From NCBI GenBank assembly GCA_030550775.1, contig JAUQOS010000001.1, positions 19,259-83,258 on the forward strand: a DNA stretch of 64,000 nt. Reading direction: 5' to 3'. Shown here piece after piece: positions 17,001 through 25,188 of this stretch (its first letter is position 1; every line of letters starts with the position of its first letter). Source of the stretch: Armatimonadota bacterium. Its GTDB lineage: Bacteria > Armatimonadota > Fimbriimonadia > Fimbriimonadales > GBS-DC. The notes under the pieces were generated by a model. The model did no database searches. It was not told the origin of the DNA and saw only the letters and a list, made by a program, of their open reading frames with translations. Both the position numbers and the translations under genes were made by a program.

Positions 17001-20000
17001 TATCCACCCGCACGTCGACGCGGGTGCCTGTACCGAACACGGGGCTGGGAGCGCGTTGTAGTTCGGTCGCCCCGCCTGCCAACAGCTGCATGCGTCGTGC
17101 GGGGATGTCGGGATAGTCTGGGCTGGCGTTGCTCGGATAGGTCGGTGGGATTTCCCACGGCAGCATGCGGATGGGCACCTGTCCCGCTTGCCAGGCTAAG
17201 TCATTGGCGAAAGCGCGTGCGAGTATCTGCAACGGCACGGGGTTCTCTGTCTGGAGGCGGCGGCGGTCAAACACCTCAAAGTCGCCTACCACAGTGTTGC
17301 CGTGATCGCCTTGCGCGATCGGTTGCTCGCCCAGCGGGCTGAGGAACCGCACGGGCACGCGCACTGCCGGTCGCGATGGATCGGTTTCGTCGGGGCTATT
17401 GCCGTTGAACAGGTTCGCATTCGCGTCGCCGTTGCCCACCACCGCACCTTGCGCCCCACGCACACCCAACGGGTTCGCGATGCCCACACGCCAACCCGAT
17501 GCGGTCGTGAACTCCACGGGCGGATAGGAGGGCACCTCGGCTCCGCCGCCGGGCGCAGGGCGGTCAACCTCGACTGTTTCACGCCACAAGTCAGCTGTCC
17601 AACCAAACACGCCGTCCACGGATACCTGCAGTTCGTAGGTGCTGCCCGGCGTGTAGAAGTTATTGGCAGACGGCTGAATTGCGAACTCACCTGTGGCGAT
17701 GTAGTCCAGCGTGCTGTCTTCGCGGGGCGGGTTCGGCGTTTGGCGCACTTGCAAGACTTGCTCGGCGCGCGACACGCCTGGCCCAAACAGCTGCACGCGC
17801 ACTTGGCGTGGCTGCGTGCCTTGACGGAAGTTCCATACCACCACATAGAAGCGGTCGCCCCACTCCAGCGCGTCGGGGTAAATCGGGGTGAGTTCGTCGG
17901 GGCGGATGCGTCCGTCGCGCACGGCTTCAAACTCTTCGCGCTTGGTCGTGATGGATACGCGCAGCTTACCGTAGTCGCCTCCGTCTTGGGTTGTGGTGCC
18001 TGTGGGATCGCGGATAATCTCGCCCAGCCCGCTCTCAGGTGCCGCTTGGGCGATGCCCGACACATTGAATGCATAGGCGATGCCGTCGTCATCTGCGGCG
18101 TAGAGCCAGCCATCCAGCACGCCTGGCGAGGCGAACACCGTTTCGCCATACAGATCCCAGCCCTCGAACGCCTTGCCACCGCGGGCGTTAGTGAGTTGGT
18201 CGGCGTGGAGAGCGAGCAGCCGCCCTTCATTCGTGGCAACCACCACCGCTGGGCGTGCTGCTGCAATCTCGTTGCCATCGGCGTCGGTGTCTTGCACATT
18301 CGTGAAGATAGGCGAGCTGAATATCGCACCACCCAACGACTCGCTGATGTAAATCAGATTGCCGTTGTCTGCGTTGAAGGCAATAATGCGCCCAATCTCG
18401 CCCCCGACATAGACGATGTTCGTAGGCGTACCGTTGTAGAGCACGCCAGGCACCACCAGCGGCGAGCTGTAGAAGAAGTTGAACTGCGGCACGCGCGGCG
18501 CATCCACGCGGGGCTGCGCCCACACCAGTTGCCCTGTGGCAGCGTCGACCGCGTATACACGACCGCCACCCAAGCCACCGCTGGTAAAGTACACGCGCCC
18601 CAATGCTACCGCCGGCGTGGAAGTAATCGGTTCAATCGGGAAATCGCCCTCCTTAGGATAAACCCACTCCACGCGCTCATCAACGCTCGTGTTGGGATCA
18701 TCCTCACGGAACGGGTTGAGCGCAATCAGCCGCCCATACAGATTACCGCCTTCCACACTGCCGATGTAGACCAAGCGGGTGCTCGGGTCGTACGCTGGCG
18801 TGGACACGAACGCCGCGTTGGGGCGATTATACTGCCAGAAGAAGTAGCTGTCGGGGTCGTTGGGGTTCAAATCGGTTTTGATCACATACACTGAGCCGGC
18901 AGGGTTGCCGATAACAACGCGGTCATCGCCCACGATTAGGGGCGAGGCGTAGTTAAAGCTGGTAGCGTTGCGCGGCTTCACGATCCAGTAGATTTTCGTC
19001 TGTCCGCGCAGGGTGCCGTTCTCGCCGTCGCCTAATGCGTCAATGGCATACACCGCGCCGTTCTGAGCTGCCACAAACACTACCAAGCGCGTGACGATGG
19101 TGTTGCCGTCGCGGATGCGCACCTGCCCGACCGCTGGCGTGGAGTAGATGCCGCTATCTAAGCCCTCGGCGTCCAACAGCCGAATAGCGTCTGCCACCAC
19201 GCGCTGCGAGCCAAGCACCACATCATCGGGCGAATAGTTGGTGACAGAGATTTCGTAGGTGGTGCCCACGCGCATCTCAAGCGGCACATTGTTGAGGCGC
19301 ACCCACCGTCCGCCAAAGCGCTGATCAACGCGAATGCGCTGCTCGCCCCCTTGATACTCAATCACATATTCGGCAAAGCGGGCGTTCTGCTCGTCCGAAG
19401 GGAACCATGCTTCCACGTAGTAGCGCCCCGTGCGCGGTACACGCACACGCCAGTAGGCACGCTGGATATTGTTCGCGTTATTGGTGGGTGCAATCTCGTA
19501 GTAGCTGGGGCTGTAAGCATCGGCTAAGATGTTGTCTTCTGTGAAGAGCCCTGGCGTGAAGTCAGTGCGACTGTCGTAGATAATGCCTTGAGCTTGGTCG
19601 GGCACATCAGGCAGGCGCAGAGTCCAGCGCACGCGCGCGCCTCGCGTGCCCACAGGGTTTTCAACACAGGTTAGCGTGCCGTTGCCGTTAGCGATATAGA
19701 CCAAGTGGTTGCCTGGGTTGAGTGGGTTTCGGATGGCGACCGGCGACGCCTGAACAGTGCCGTAATCGGGCACAAAGCGCACGGCATCTGCTACCACAAT
19801 CGTAGGCGCATCCAGCGACGGAAACTCGCCGTTTTCCGCCTGGAAGCGATTCGTGAGTGTAATCGTGATTCCATCTGCGCTGCCGTTGTGATAGAAGGAA
19901 CGGTCGCCCAACTGACGCCAACCGCCAACGGTTTGGTCAACGAACTCTGGGTGAACCCCTATGCCGTCGGCGACGATGTACTCGGCGCGTGGCGAGTATT

Positions 20001-20457
20001 GCAGCCGTTGCGAACCGGCGCGGGTGGGCGTAGCAGGCACATACACATAGATGCGATAGTAGCCCGCAGGGAGCGGTCCGCTGCGCCAAGTAAAGGTAGA
20101 ACTCGCGTCAGGGCGCGTGTAGGCATATCGGTAGGGCTCAGTTGTGTTCGGGTCGTCGCGATATGGGTCAATCGCGCTTTCGCCTGCTGTGGGCACAATC
20201 CAGTCGCCCGTGGCGCTGGCAAGGGCAGAGTCGTTATCGATAATCAGCGGCGCGCGCACTGCCTCTAAATCAGGCAGTGTCCATGCCAGCAGCAGGCTCA
20301 CTGCGCTGTTGCGCGCGTTGTCCGTGGTGCCTGTGCGTTGTTCGCTGCCACGATGCGTATGCCAGCTATCTTGCGCCGCAACCAGCGCAAACACGCCAAA
20401 CCACAGTCCTGCAAAAAGTCCGCGCACTGCCGAATTCCAGTTCATTCGCCCTACCAT
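14059..20457 (-). CDS. Giant secreted PilY1-like beta-propeller protein (2132 aa), sixth gene of the pilin operon
   Basis: Signal peptide (LFAGLWFGVFALVAAQD). Two golvesin-C-like modules (aa ~120-230 and ~330-428, ending VVADAVRFV / VVADAIRLL). PQQ/BamB-like blades (STPAVG...GAVYAIDALGDG, GRVYAVDAATGQLVWA, GRIIAFNADNGN, GIAYAFN). The remaining ~1300 aa has nothing I recognise. Confidence 0.8.
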   Translation of the reverse strand: MVGRMNWNSAVRGLFAGLWFGVFALVAAQDSWHTHRGSEQRTGTTDNARNSAVSLLLAWTLPDLEAVRAPLIIDNDSALASATGDWIVPTAGESAIDPYRDDPNTTEPYRYAYTRPDASSTFTWRSGPLPAGYYRIYVYVPATPTRAGSQRLQYSPRAEYIVADGIGVHPEFVDQTVGGWRQLGDRSFYHNGSADGITITLTNRFQAENGEFPSLDAPTIVVADAVRFVPDYGTVQASPVAIRNPLNPGNHLVYIANGNGTLTCVENPVGTRGARVRWTLRLPDVPDQAQGIIYDSRTDFTPGLFTEDNILADAYSPSYYEIAPTNNANNIQRAYWRVRVPRTGRYYVEAWFPSDEQNARFAEYVIEYQGGEQRIRVDQRFGGRWVRLNNVPLEMRVGTTYEISVTNYSPDDVVLGSQRVVADAIRLLDAEGLDSGIYSTPAVGQVRIRDGNTIVTRLVVFVAAQNGAVYAIDALGDGENGTLRGQTKIYWIVKPRNATSFNYASPLIVGDDRVVIGNPAGSVYVIKTDLNPNDPDSYFFWQYNRPNAAFVSTPAYDPSTRLVYIGSVEGGNLYGRLIALNPFREDDPNTSVDERVEWVYPKEGDFPIEPITSTPAVALGRVYFTSGGLGGGRVYAVDAATGQLVWAQPRVDAPRVPQFNFFYSSPLVVPGVLYNGTPTNIVYVGGEIGRIIAFNADNGNLIYISESLGGAIFSSPIFTNVQDTDADGNEIAAARPAVVVATNEGRLLALHADQLTNARGGKAFEGWDLYGETVFASPGVLDGWLYAADDDGIAYAFNVSGIAQAAPESGLGEIIRDPTGTTTQDGGDYGKLRVSITTKREEFEAVRDGRIRPDELTPIYPDALEWGDRFYVVVWNFRQGTQPRQVRVQLFGPGVSRAEQVLQVRQTPNPPREDSTLDYIATGEFAIQPSANNFYTPGSTYELQVSVDGVFGWTADLWRETVEVDRPAPGGGAEVPSYPPVEFTTASGWRVGIANPLGVRGAQGAVVGNGDANANLFNGNSPDETDPSRPAVRVPVRFLSPLGEQPIAQGDHGNTVVGDFEVFDRRRLQTENPVPLQILARAFANDLAWQAGQVPIRMLPWEIPPTYPSNASPDYPDIPARRMQLLAGGATELQRAPSPVFGTGTRVDVRVDIPRFQPANPGGYDGGIIIYHDVNGNGRIDRLENITGINATRNLFAEPYRVVNTTVAVRVDERMFVEEQTIDFGSLPGGFGFNWGTLFANNAGSLFRPDNPLFEPFWKPFTVRNEGNVNLFPVYLGKAFGTPQGTEYLYSDTAAFFARIPVWTTVVSTLDPRFWPQPNPFWTPTLNQPFPVLQKPQVGDYTATVLGIPAIPPRRPANVEVPLPRKPLVSIAIPPFQPLGVYSQLVAPYQHNGPPNQGAGVVQEGWSFAVPPMRLVVRVRETQLTGSTNRGVRPMIDDVPPPNALRVSDLTPAAFRDPNTGRLHLYWASNRFDPANRPDSFYLYKSTLNWNINRNQDGVRATNGWEPASADRWWGELFGPYPNDPNGTLFATALGLNRPLTASEIATIKHHRPFVYFTGSAPFLFWTGEVVVRNQRYELLFYVRLDAATGLPLGNPQTVPLDPVVPRSSLAITGITGVGHWLFYVAAPAGRSGIFTIATPNDLFTDWQSVRRLPSEQRVPLSSIVRSVESVGANIYRVAADPSNLASGFVLLADVFFVGTVGDQSEPEVLMQRFYINPFTRRLVPLTDRQAREAITDALLPRYIAAITDEVARKDPNQNVWRTRHLDWVALFGDWNRDPNNPDLDIKVNGRSILLERNPANPAQLRLQQPAVDTQTGLLVFAYNEVSGNTLVPRGRVVVDPATGTIRFVDMAPRARDLVTVTYRPRVYRLNEPAPGSAGTYGQVRVVFQRTLNPRHATTRLADSPVRKGDFNRVCSPDDRPTVDRVWVFFRRSSPAPNSAGGFFFKTLRPGIRLNAPILTVRGQLPLDASATLLQGTNHATVQLVGVNAPGAALGFYEYDAQRGNIYFTAQDLGKQVRVRYLTRTPDGRIVEQEEIQIIRWIDEGNLPRGLGAEPEYTSPVPIDLPTNELYLWAMPNLEFRDISRSLFNDQYGGLDEALLLFWSSTRNGVGNIYGAALQPRFYPSPYDPDRD

Positions 20458-20460
20458 CGC

Positions 20461-23400
20461 CTAAAAACCTCCCCGATCTGCCGAGCTGGGTTTGCGCAGC
20501 GGATACGAACCGCTTAGCGCAGGCTTGTCTAGCGTACTCCATACGATTGAACTCGGGCGAAAGCCCAGCCCGTCCTGTTGTAGATTGTAGTCGCTGCTCT
20601 CTAATTCAAACACTTCGCCCGGAAAGTCGCGCACTTCCACATCGCCACCCGAGCGCACCAGCGTCTCGCCGCTGTAGCTGTTGACAATCAACAGGTTGCC
20701 GTTGTCCAGGTAGCGCGCCTGACGCGGGCGCAATAGGATTGGGCGCACGGGAATGTTGTTCGGGTCCCGAACCAGCTCCGCCCCGCCGATGCGCGTGCGA
20801 ATGAAGTTCGAGTACACCTCGGTTGGCAACATCCATGAGACTGGCAAAGTGTCGCCGATGGTTCCCGTGAGGGGTACCTGCAGCTCGTAGATTCCCGTGC
20901 TGGTAGTGAGCAGCAGGTACAGCCCCGCGGGACCTTGCCCACTGGCGCTTTGCTTTGCCACATCGATGGATTTAGGCGCGAGGATGGGCACAACGGTACC
21001 ATCGGGCAAGCGCATGCGGCGGATGTACAGCGTCTGGTCGCGCCCGTTGACAATCAGTTGCAGCGTCACCATGCCTGCCTCGCTGGTGGCAGGATCCAAC
21101 GGGTCAGCGATACTGGTGGCTTCGAAAGCGCTGACGGCAGCGTTTTGCACTAGCGTTGCAAAGCCGATGCGGGTGCGCGTGCCGTCCCAGTATTCAAAGC
21201 GTTGTGCCGACACATAGCGGTAGTTGCGCCCTAATCGCTGCGAGGGCGTCATCCAGTAGAGCACGCCCAGCATCTCGCCCAGCTGCGGGTGGCGCACCGG
21301 CTCGCCAATGGTGAAGGTATTCGGATCTACTTCATAGCGGTCCACGATATCCACGATTCGGGCGTTGCCCGCATCGGTGATGGTGTAGTGGATCCAGTAC
21401 TCCAGCGGGCGGCGCACGGTGTAGGGGTTGCGCGCCGCGGGCACAAACTCTGTCCACACGCTTACATCGGTGGGGTTGCGCAGGGTTTCAGGGGCACCGC
21501 TGTAGTAGTTTGAGCCGGGCAGGTTGTTCGCCTGTGCGTGGGTCTCGTCACGCAAGTCGATGATATCGATTATTTGCCCTGCGTCGTTGCGCAGTGCCAC
21601 GCGGTCAGGGATGAAGCGCGTGATAACGCGCACTTCAGAGCCAGCGCGGTCAATAATAGCCACGCGATTGCGCTCAGGTTCCACAATCAGGAACTCATTT
21701 TCGCTATAGCGGTAGACACGGGCGTTGGGCGTCAGCGCAAACCGTTGCTTGGTGGGAATTGGCGAGCCGGCGAAAAGGTCTAACTGAGTGTTTTCAGCCG
21801 CCCACACCACACGCCCTGCCGTATCTACCTCTAGCAGGCGGTTCTCGTCGGCAATGATGGTAGTCTGGCGGCTGTAGGCGCGCAGCTCGTTTGCCAAGCT
21901 CACCAGCACTAGCCCCTCGCCCACCGCGATGGGCGACGCCGCGTTGCCCCGCTCGAAGTTCTGCGCAAATCGCTCAAACAGTGCGCGCAACAATGCGCCC
22001 AAGTCGGGGTCGCGTTCAAACTCTTCGCTTAGGTCGTCTACGAAGGGCCAGCGAACAATTGTTTGATAGCGCAGCGGGTTGCTGGGGTCAATCTGTGGGA
22101 TAACGCCTGCTTGGTCTTTGCGCTGCGCCAAATCGGGCTGCAAGCGATACGGGTCTATTGCCAACGCCATCAGCCCCACACGATTGCGTTCCTCACCTTG
22201 CGCGAAGGGGTTGATGGCTACAATCGGCGTGTAGAGCAAGTCGCCCACAATCACAGGCTCAGCACGCGGCTCGGTTAGCAGCAGCACCGCATACCAGCGT
22301 AGGTTGTTCCAGTTTGCCAGCTGCGATTCGGGAACGAAGATGTGGTTGACGGGCGGATTGCCGACGCTGACCACTACAGGCTGCGAGATACTCAGCACAT
22401 TCTCGATAAGATTGATTTGCCCATTGGCATTCGCCCGTGCAAAGCTCTCGATGCGAATCTGTCCAGTTGCGAAATCTATTTTGATGTCGGGGATAGGGTT
22501 GCGCGACTGGTAAGTAAGCGTTGAGAGAGTGTTGTTGGCCGGGTTCGCCCCCGAACGCGCGTAGTCGCGCTGTTGGATGCTAATTTGGAAGTTGTCAGTC
22601 AGCCCGATGGGACCGCCCGTGTTGATGATGAACAGATTCGGTTCCGCGTCCAGTGTAATGAGCACCGTGTAGGGGAAGCTGAAGGGTCCAACGCGCGCTT
22701 GTCCTTCGCCGATTGCGTACACTGCGCCATCGTAGTAGATGGGGGCGCGGCGGAAGGTGAAGTTCATCCACTGCAGTTGTGGTCGGTTGGCGTCGTCGCG
22801 GGCGAAGCTGTGGCTAAAGTTCAGGACGTTGCGCACCAAATCCATAAAGGCGCGGTTTGGCTCGTTGTAGATAGTGCTGGCTTCCACGACGCGCTCCGTG
22901 CGCTCTGGTCCCGGCACGAGTTGGCGGTAGCCGCCGTGCGATTGCCAGCGCCACAAGATGCGGGAAACGCCGCGCGCTTGTGGTTGTGCGCCCGTGCCAC
23001 CTTGGGCTTGCAGCGGCGCTTGCTCCAACAGGGCGATGATGTTGCCGCTGGCGTTGTTGGGGTCAGTCTCTTCCGTGCCAGTGGTAATGTAGAGCACGCC
23101 ATTGGGCGCAAGCGTGTAGCCTCGTAGCAGCTGCGGCGGCACCAGCGCGCCTCCTTCGCTAAACGCGGGCAGCAAGGCTTGGCTACGGAACATCACGCCC
23201 GCATCACGCGCAAATGCCCAGTCGATATAGTAGTCAATCACCAGCGCGATATCGCGCGTGACATCTCCCGGAAGCGGGCGCGTAATGGCGACACGCCCTT
23301 GAGTGCCCACATTGAAGGTGCACTCCGTCGTCACTTCGCTAATCAGCTCGCCTGTAGTGCGGTTAATCACATACACACGCGGGTGCAGCGGGTTATTCGG

Positions 23401-25173
23401 GTCGGCGGTGCCGTCGGCGTTGGCGAAGAACCGCGCGCGCCCCGTAATCCTCGAGCGAAAAGCGTTCTGGAACACGCCCCCCTGTATAATCGGTTCAAGG
23501 ATTTCGCCCTTGGCACCAATCCAAAAGGCGCGTATCGATTCGGTGATTTGGTTGCCTGTGCCCGTGGGGTCGTTGCGCACGCCCATATAGACCACAATGT
23601 CGTTGCCGCTTCCTTGACCGTAGTTGGGCACATAGCCTGCCACAGGCGGCAGCAACCAAGTGCCTATCGTCGTGTTGAGTGGTTGATACCATTCGGCGGG
23701 CACCACATTTTGTGAGCGGATTACATCGGGCGTTTCCGATAGCAACACGGCGTAAAAGCCTGCAGTGGTGGTGTTGCCCACTGTATGCTGGGTCGGCACG
23801 AGCAGGATGGTGTTATCAATCACGATAGGGGCGGGGATGCGTCCGCTGCGCGCAGGGATGGGCAAGGTGCTTCCTGGTGCAGGGGAAGATACTGCCCATG
23901 CCTGTTGCCCAACTTCGGGCACGCGCCCGTCGTTGCCGCGTGGCAACGCCCAATAAGCGCGCACGCCCTGTTCAGTGGCCACCACGACTTGGATCCCGCG
24001 TGGGTGTTCCACAATCACGGGCGGCGAAATGCGCCCTCCGGGCACCTCCACGCGCCATACGCGGTCATACCGTTCGCCGTGTTCGAAGTCTAAAATACCA
24101 TCATCGGCGCGTCCGTCGCCATCCAAGTCGCGTTTGGGCACTGCGTCGTAGCAAACGAGCTCGTTGTTGTTGACCACGAACACCAAGCCGCCGTAGACCA
24201 CCGCACCGCCTTGTTCGCTGAAGCCGCCATCCGCCACGCGCCAGCGAATGCCCAGTGGTGCACCGTACTGGTCTGCCACAGCGTTCGCGCGGCGCTGGTT
24301 GAAGGCATCCGTGCTGCCTGCCCCCGCCCAGCGGATGAGGTTGTAGGCAAATTTGAGCTCCAAATCGGGCACGGTTTGCAGGGCAAGGTCAAACGCCCGT
24401 TGGGGGATATTGCCGTTGGGCAAGCGCAGCGGTTCGTTGATCGCTGCGGCGATGCCTGCCGCGCTGACAAGGATGCGTCCCGAGCCGTAGGTCGCTGCAG
24501 CAATCACGGGTGCGTTGCCCGCGGCGGTGACCACCTGCAACACGGGACGGTTCGCGGTGGTGTCAACTGTCGTGCCGCCGAAGCCACGCCCACGCAGCCC
24601 CAGCTGGGCAACCTCCGCTGGCGAGAGAGTGTAGTAGCCCCGCAGCAGCGGATGGTTCAAATTCACCACGCTCACGCGCGCCGTGTTGGGCGGATTGGTA
24701 AGCTGCACCTCGGGGAACCACAATCTGCCCGTGCTGCCCTCGCGAGGCACATCAATCCACAACATGCCGCCACTGTCCACAAAGCGACGCAACTTCTCGC
24801 GGATATCGGCGGTCATGCCGTTCCAGTTCGTGCGGCTGAGTAGCAAGATTTGGTAGCGTGCCAGCTGTTCATCGCTCAAACGCGCCAAGTTGACCAGCCA
24901 GTAGGCAGCGCGGTCGCGCGTGACAGGGTTGTTGTCTGCGTCGCGGGTGGGCGCAAACGGATTGCGGAACGACACACCGATGGGCTTGAGGTCGGAGCGT
25001 CGCTCCATCGCGTAGAAGGTATACACATCGCGCACGGCGGTGTCGTTCTCACCGAACGCCACCACGCCAGCGTTGATGGTGACGGTGCGCGCCTCGTAGC
25101 CACGCCCATCAGCCCAACTCACCACTGCCAGTCCACTCAGCACGCTCACCAACAGCCACTTCATCCGCATCAT
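20461..25173 (-). CDS. Giant secreted PilY1-like beta-propeller protein (1570 aa), fifth gene of the pilin operon
   Basis: Signal peptide MMRMKWLLVSVLSGLAVVSWA. The N-terminal ~280 aa is DUF4159/GATase-like (ILLLSRTNWNGMTADIREKLRRFVDSGGMLWIDV). The propeller region contains the DLDGDGRADDG loop (24097-24129). The start is 15 nt after the PilX-like gene stop. Confidence 0.8.
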   Translation of the reverse strand: MMRMKWLLVSVLSGLAVVSWADGRGYEARTVTINAGVVAFGENDTAVRDVYTFYAMERRSDLKPIGVSFRNPFAPTRDADNNPVTRDRAAYWLVNLARLSDEQLARYQILLLSRTNWNGMTADIREKLRRFVDSGGMLWIDVPREGSTGRLWFPEVQLTNPPNTARVSVVNLNHPLLRGYYTLSPAEVAQLGLRGRGFGGTTVDTTANRPVLQVVTAAGNAPVIAAATYGSGRILVSAAGIAAAINEPLRLPNGNIPQRAFDLALQTVPDLELKFAYNLIRWAGAGSTDAFNQRRANAVADQYGAPLGIRWRVADGGFSEQGGAVVYGGLVFVVNNNELVCYDAVPKRDLDGDGRADDGILDFEHGERYDRVWRVEVPGGRISPPVIVEHPRGIQVVVATEQGVRAYWALPRGNDGRVPEVGQQAWAVSSPAPGSTLPIPARSGRIPAPIVIDNTILLVPTQHTVGNTTTAGFYAVLLSETPDVIRSQNVVPAEWYQPLNTTIGTWLLPPVAGYVPNYGQGSGNDIVVYMGVRNDPTGTGNQITESIRAFWIGAKGEILEPIIQGGVFQNAFRSRITGRARFFANADGTADPNNPLHPRVYVINRTTGELISEVTTECTFNVGTQGRVAITRPLPGDVTRDIALVIDYYIDWAFARDAGVMFRSQALLPAFSEGGALVPPQLLRGYTLAPNGVLYITTGTEETDPNNASGNIIALLEQAPLQAQGGTGAQPQARGVSRILWRWQSHGGYRQLVPGPERTERVVEASTIYNEPNRAFMDLVRNVLNFSHSFARDDANRPQLQWMNFTFRRAPIYYDGAVYAIGEGQARVGPFSFPYTVLITLDAEPNLFIINTGGPIGLTDNFQISIQQRDYARSGANPANNTLSTLTYQSRNPIPDIKIDFATGQIRIESFARANANGQINLIENVLSISQPVVVSVGNPPVNHIFVPESQLANWNNLRWYAVLLLTEPRAEPVIVGDLLYTPIVAINPFAQGEERNRVGLMALAIDPYRLQPDLAQRKDQAGVIPQIDPSNPLRYQTIVRWPFVDDLSEEFERDPDLGALLRALFERFAQNFERGNAASPIAVGEGLVLVSLANELRAYSRQTTIIADENRLLEVDTAGRVVWAAENTQLDLFAGSPIPTKQRFALTPNARVYRYSENEFLIVEPERNRVAIIDRAGSEVRVITRFIPDRVALRNDAGQIIDIIDLRDETHAQANNLPGSNYYSGAPETLRNPTDVSVWTEFVPAARNPYTVRRPLEYWIHYTITDAGNARIVDIVDRYEVDPNTFTIGEPVRHPQLGEMLGVLYWMTPSQRLGRNYRYVSAQRFEYWDGTRTRIGFATLVQNAAVSAFEATSIADPLDPATSEAGMVTLQLIVNGRDQTLYIRRMRLPDGTVVPILAPKSIDVAKQSASGQGPAGLYLLLTTSTGIYELQVPLTGTIGDTLPVSWMLPTEVYSNFIRTRIGGAELVRDPNNIPVRPILLRPRQARYLDNGNLLIVNSYSGETLVRSGGDVEVRDFPGEVFELESSDYNLQQDGLGFRPSSIVWSTLDKPALSGSYPLRKPSSADRGGF

Positions 25174-25188
25174 CGTCTTACACCTCGC

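Noticed and set aside
17302-18894. 530-aa plus-strand ORF (and 17286-18332 on the minus strand in another frame) inside the 2132-aa gene
   Set aside because: It lies antisense or out of frame to a gene with clear domain content. Its composition is Arg/Ala/Gly/His-rich and low-complexity, typical of shadow ORFs in ~60% GC DNA. It has no SD or -10 context.
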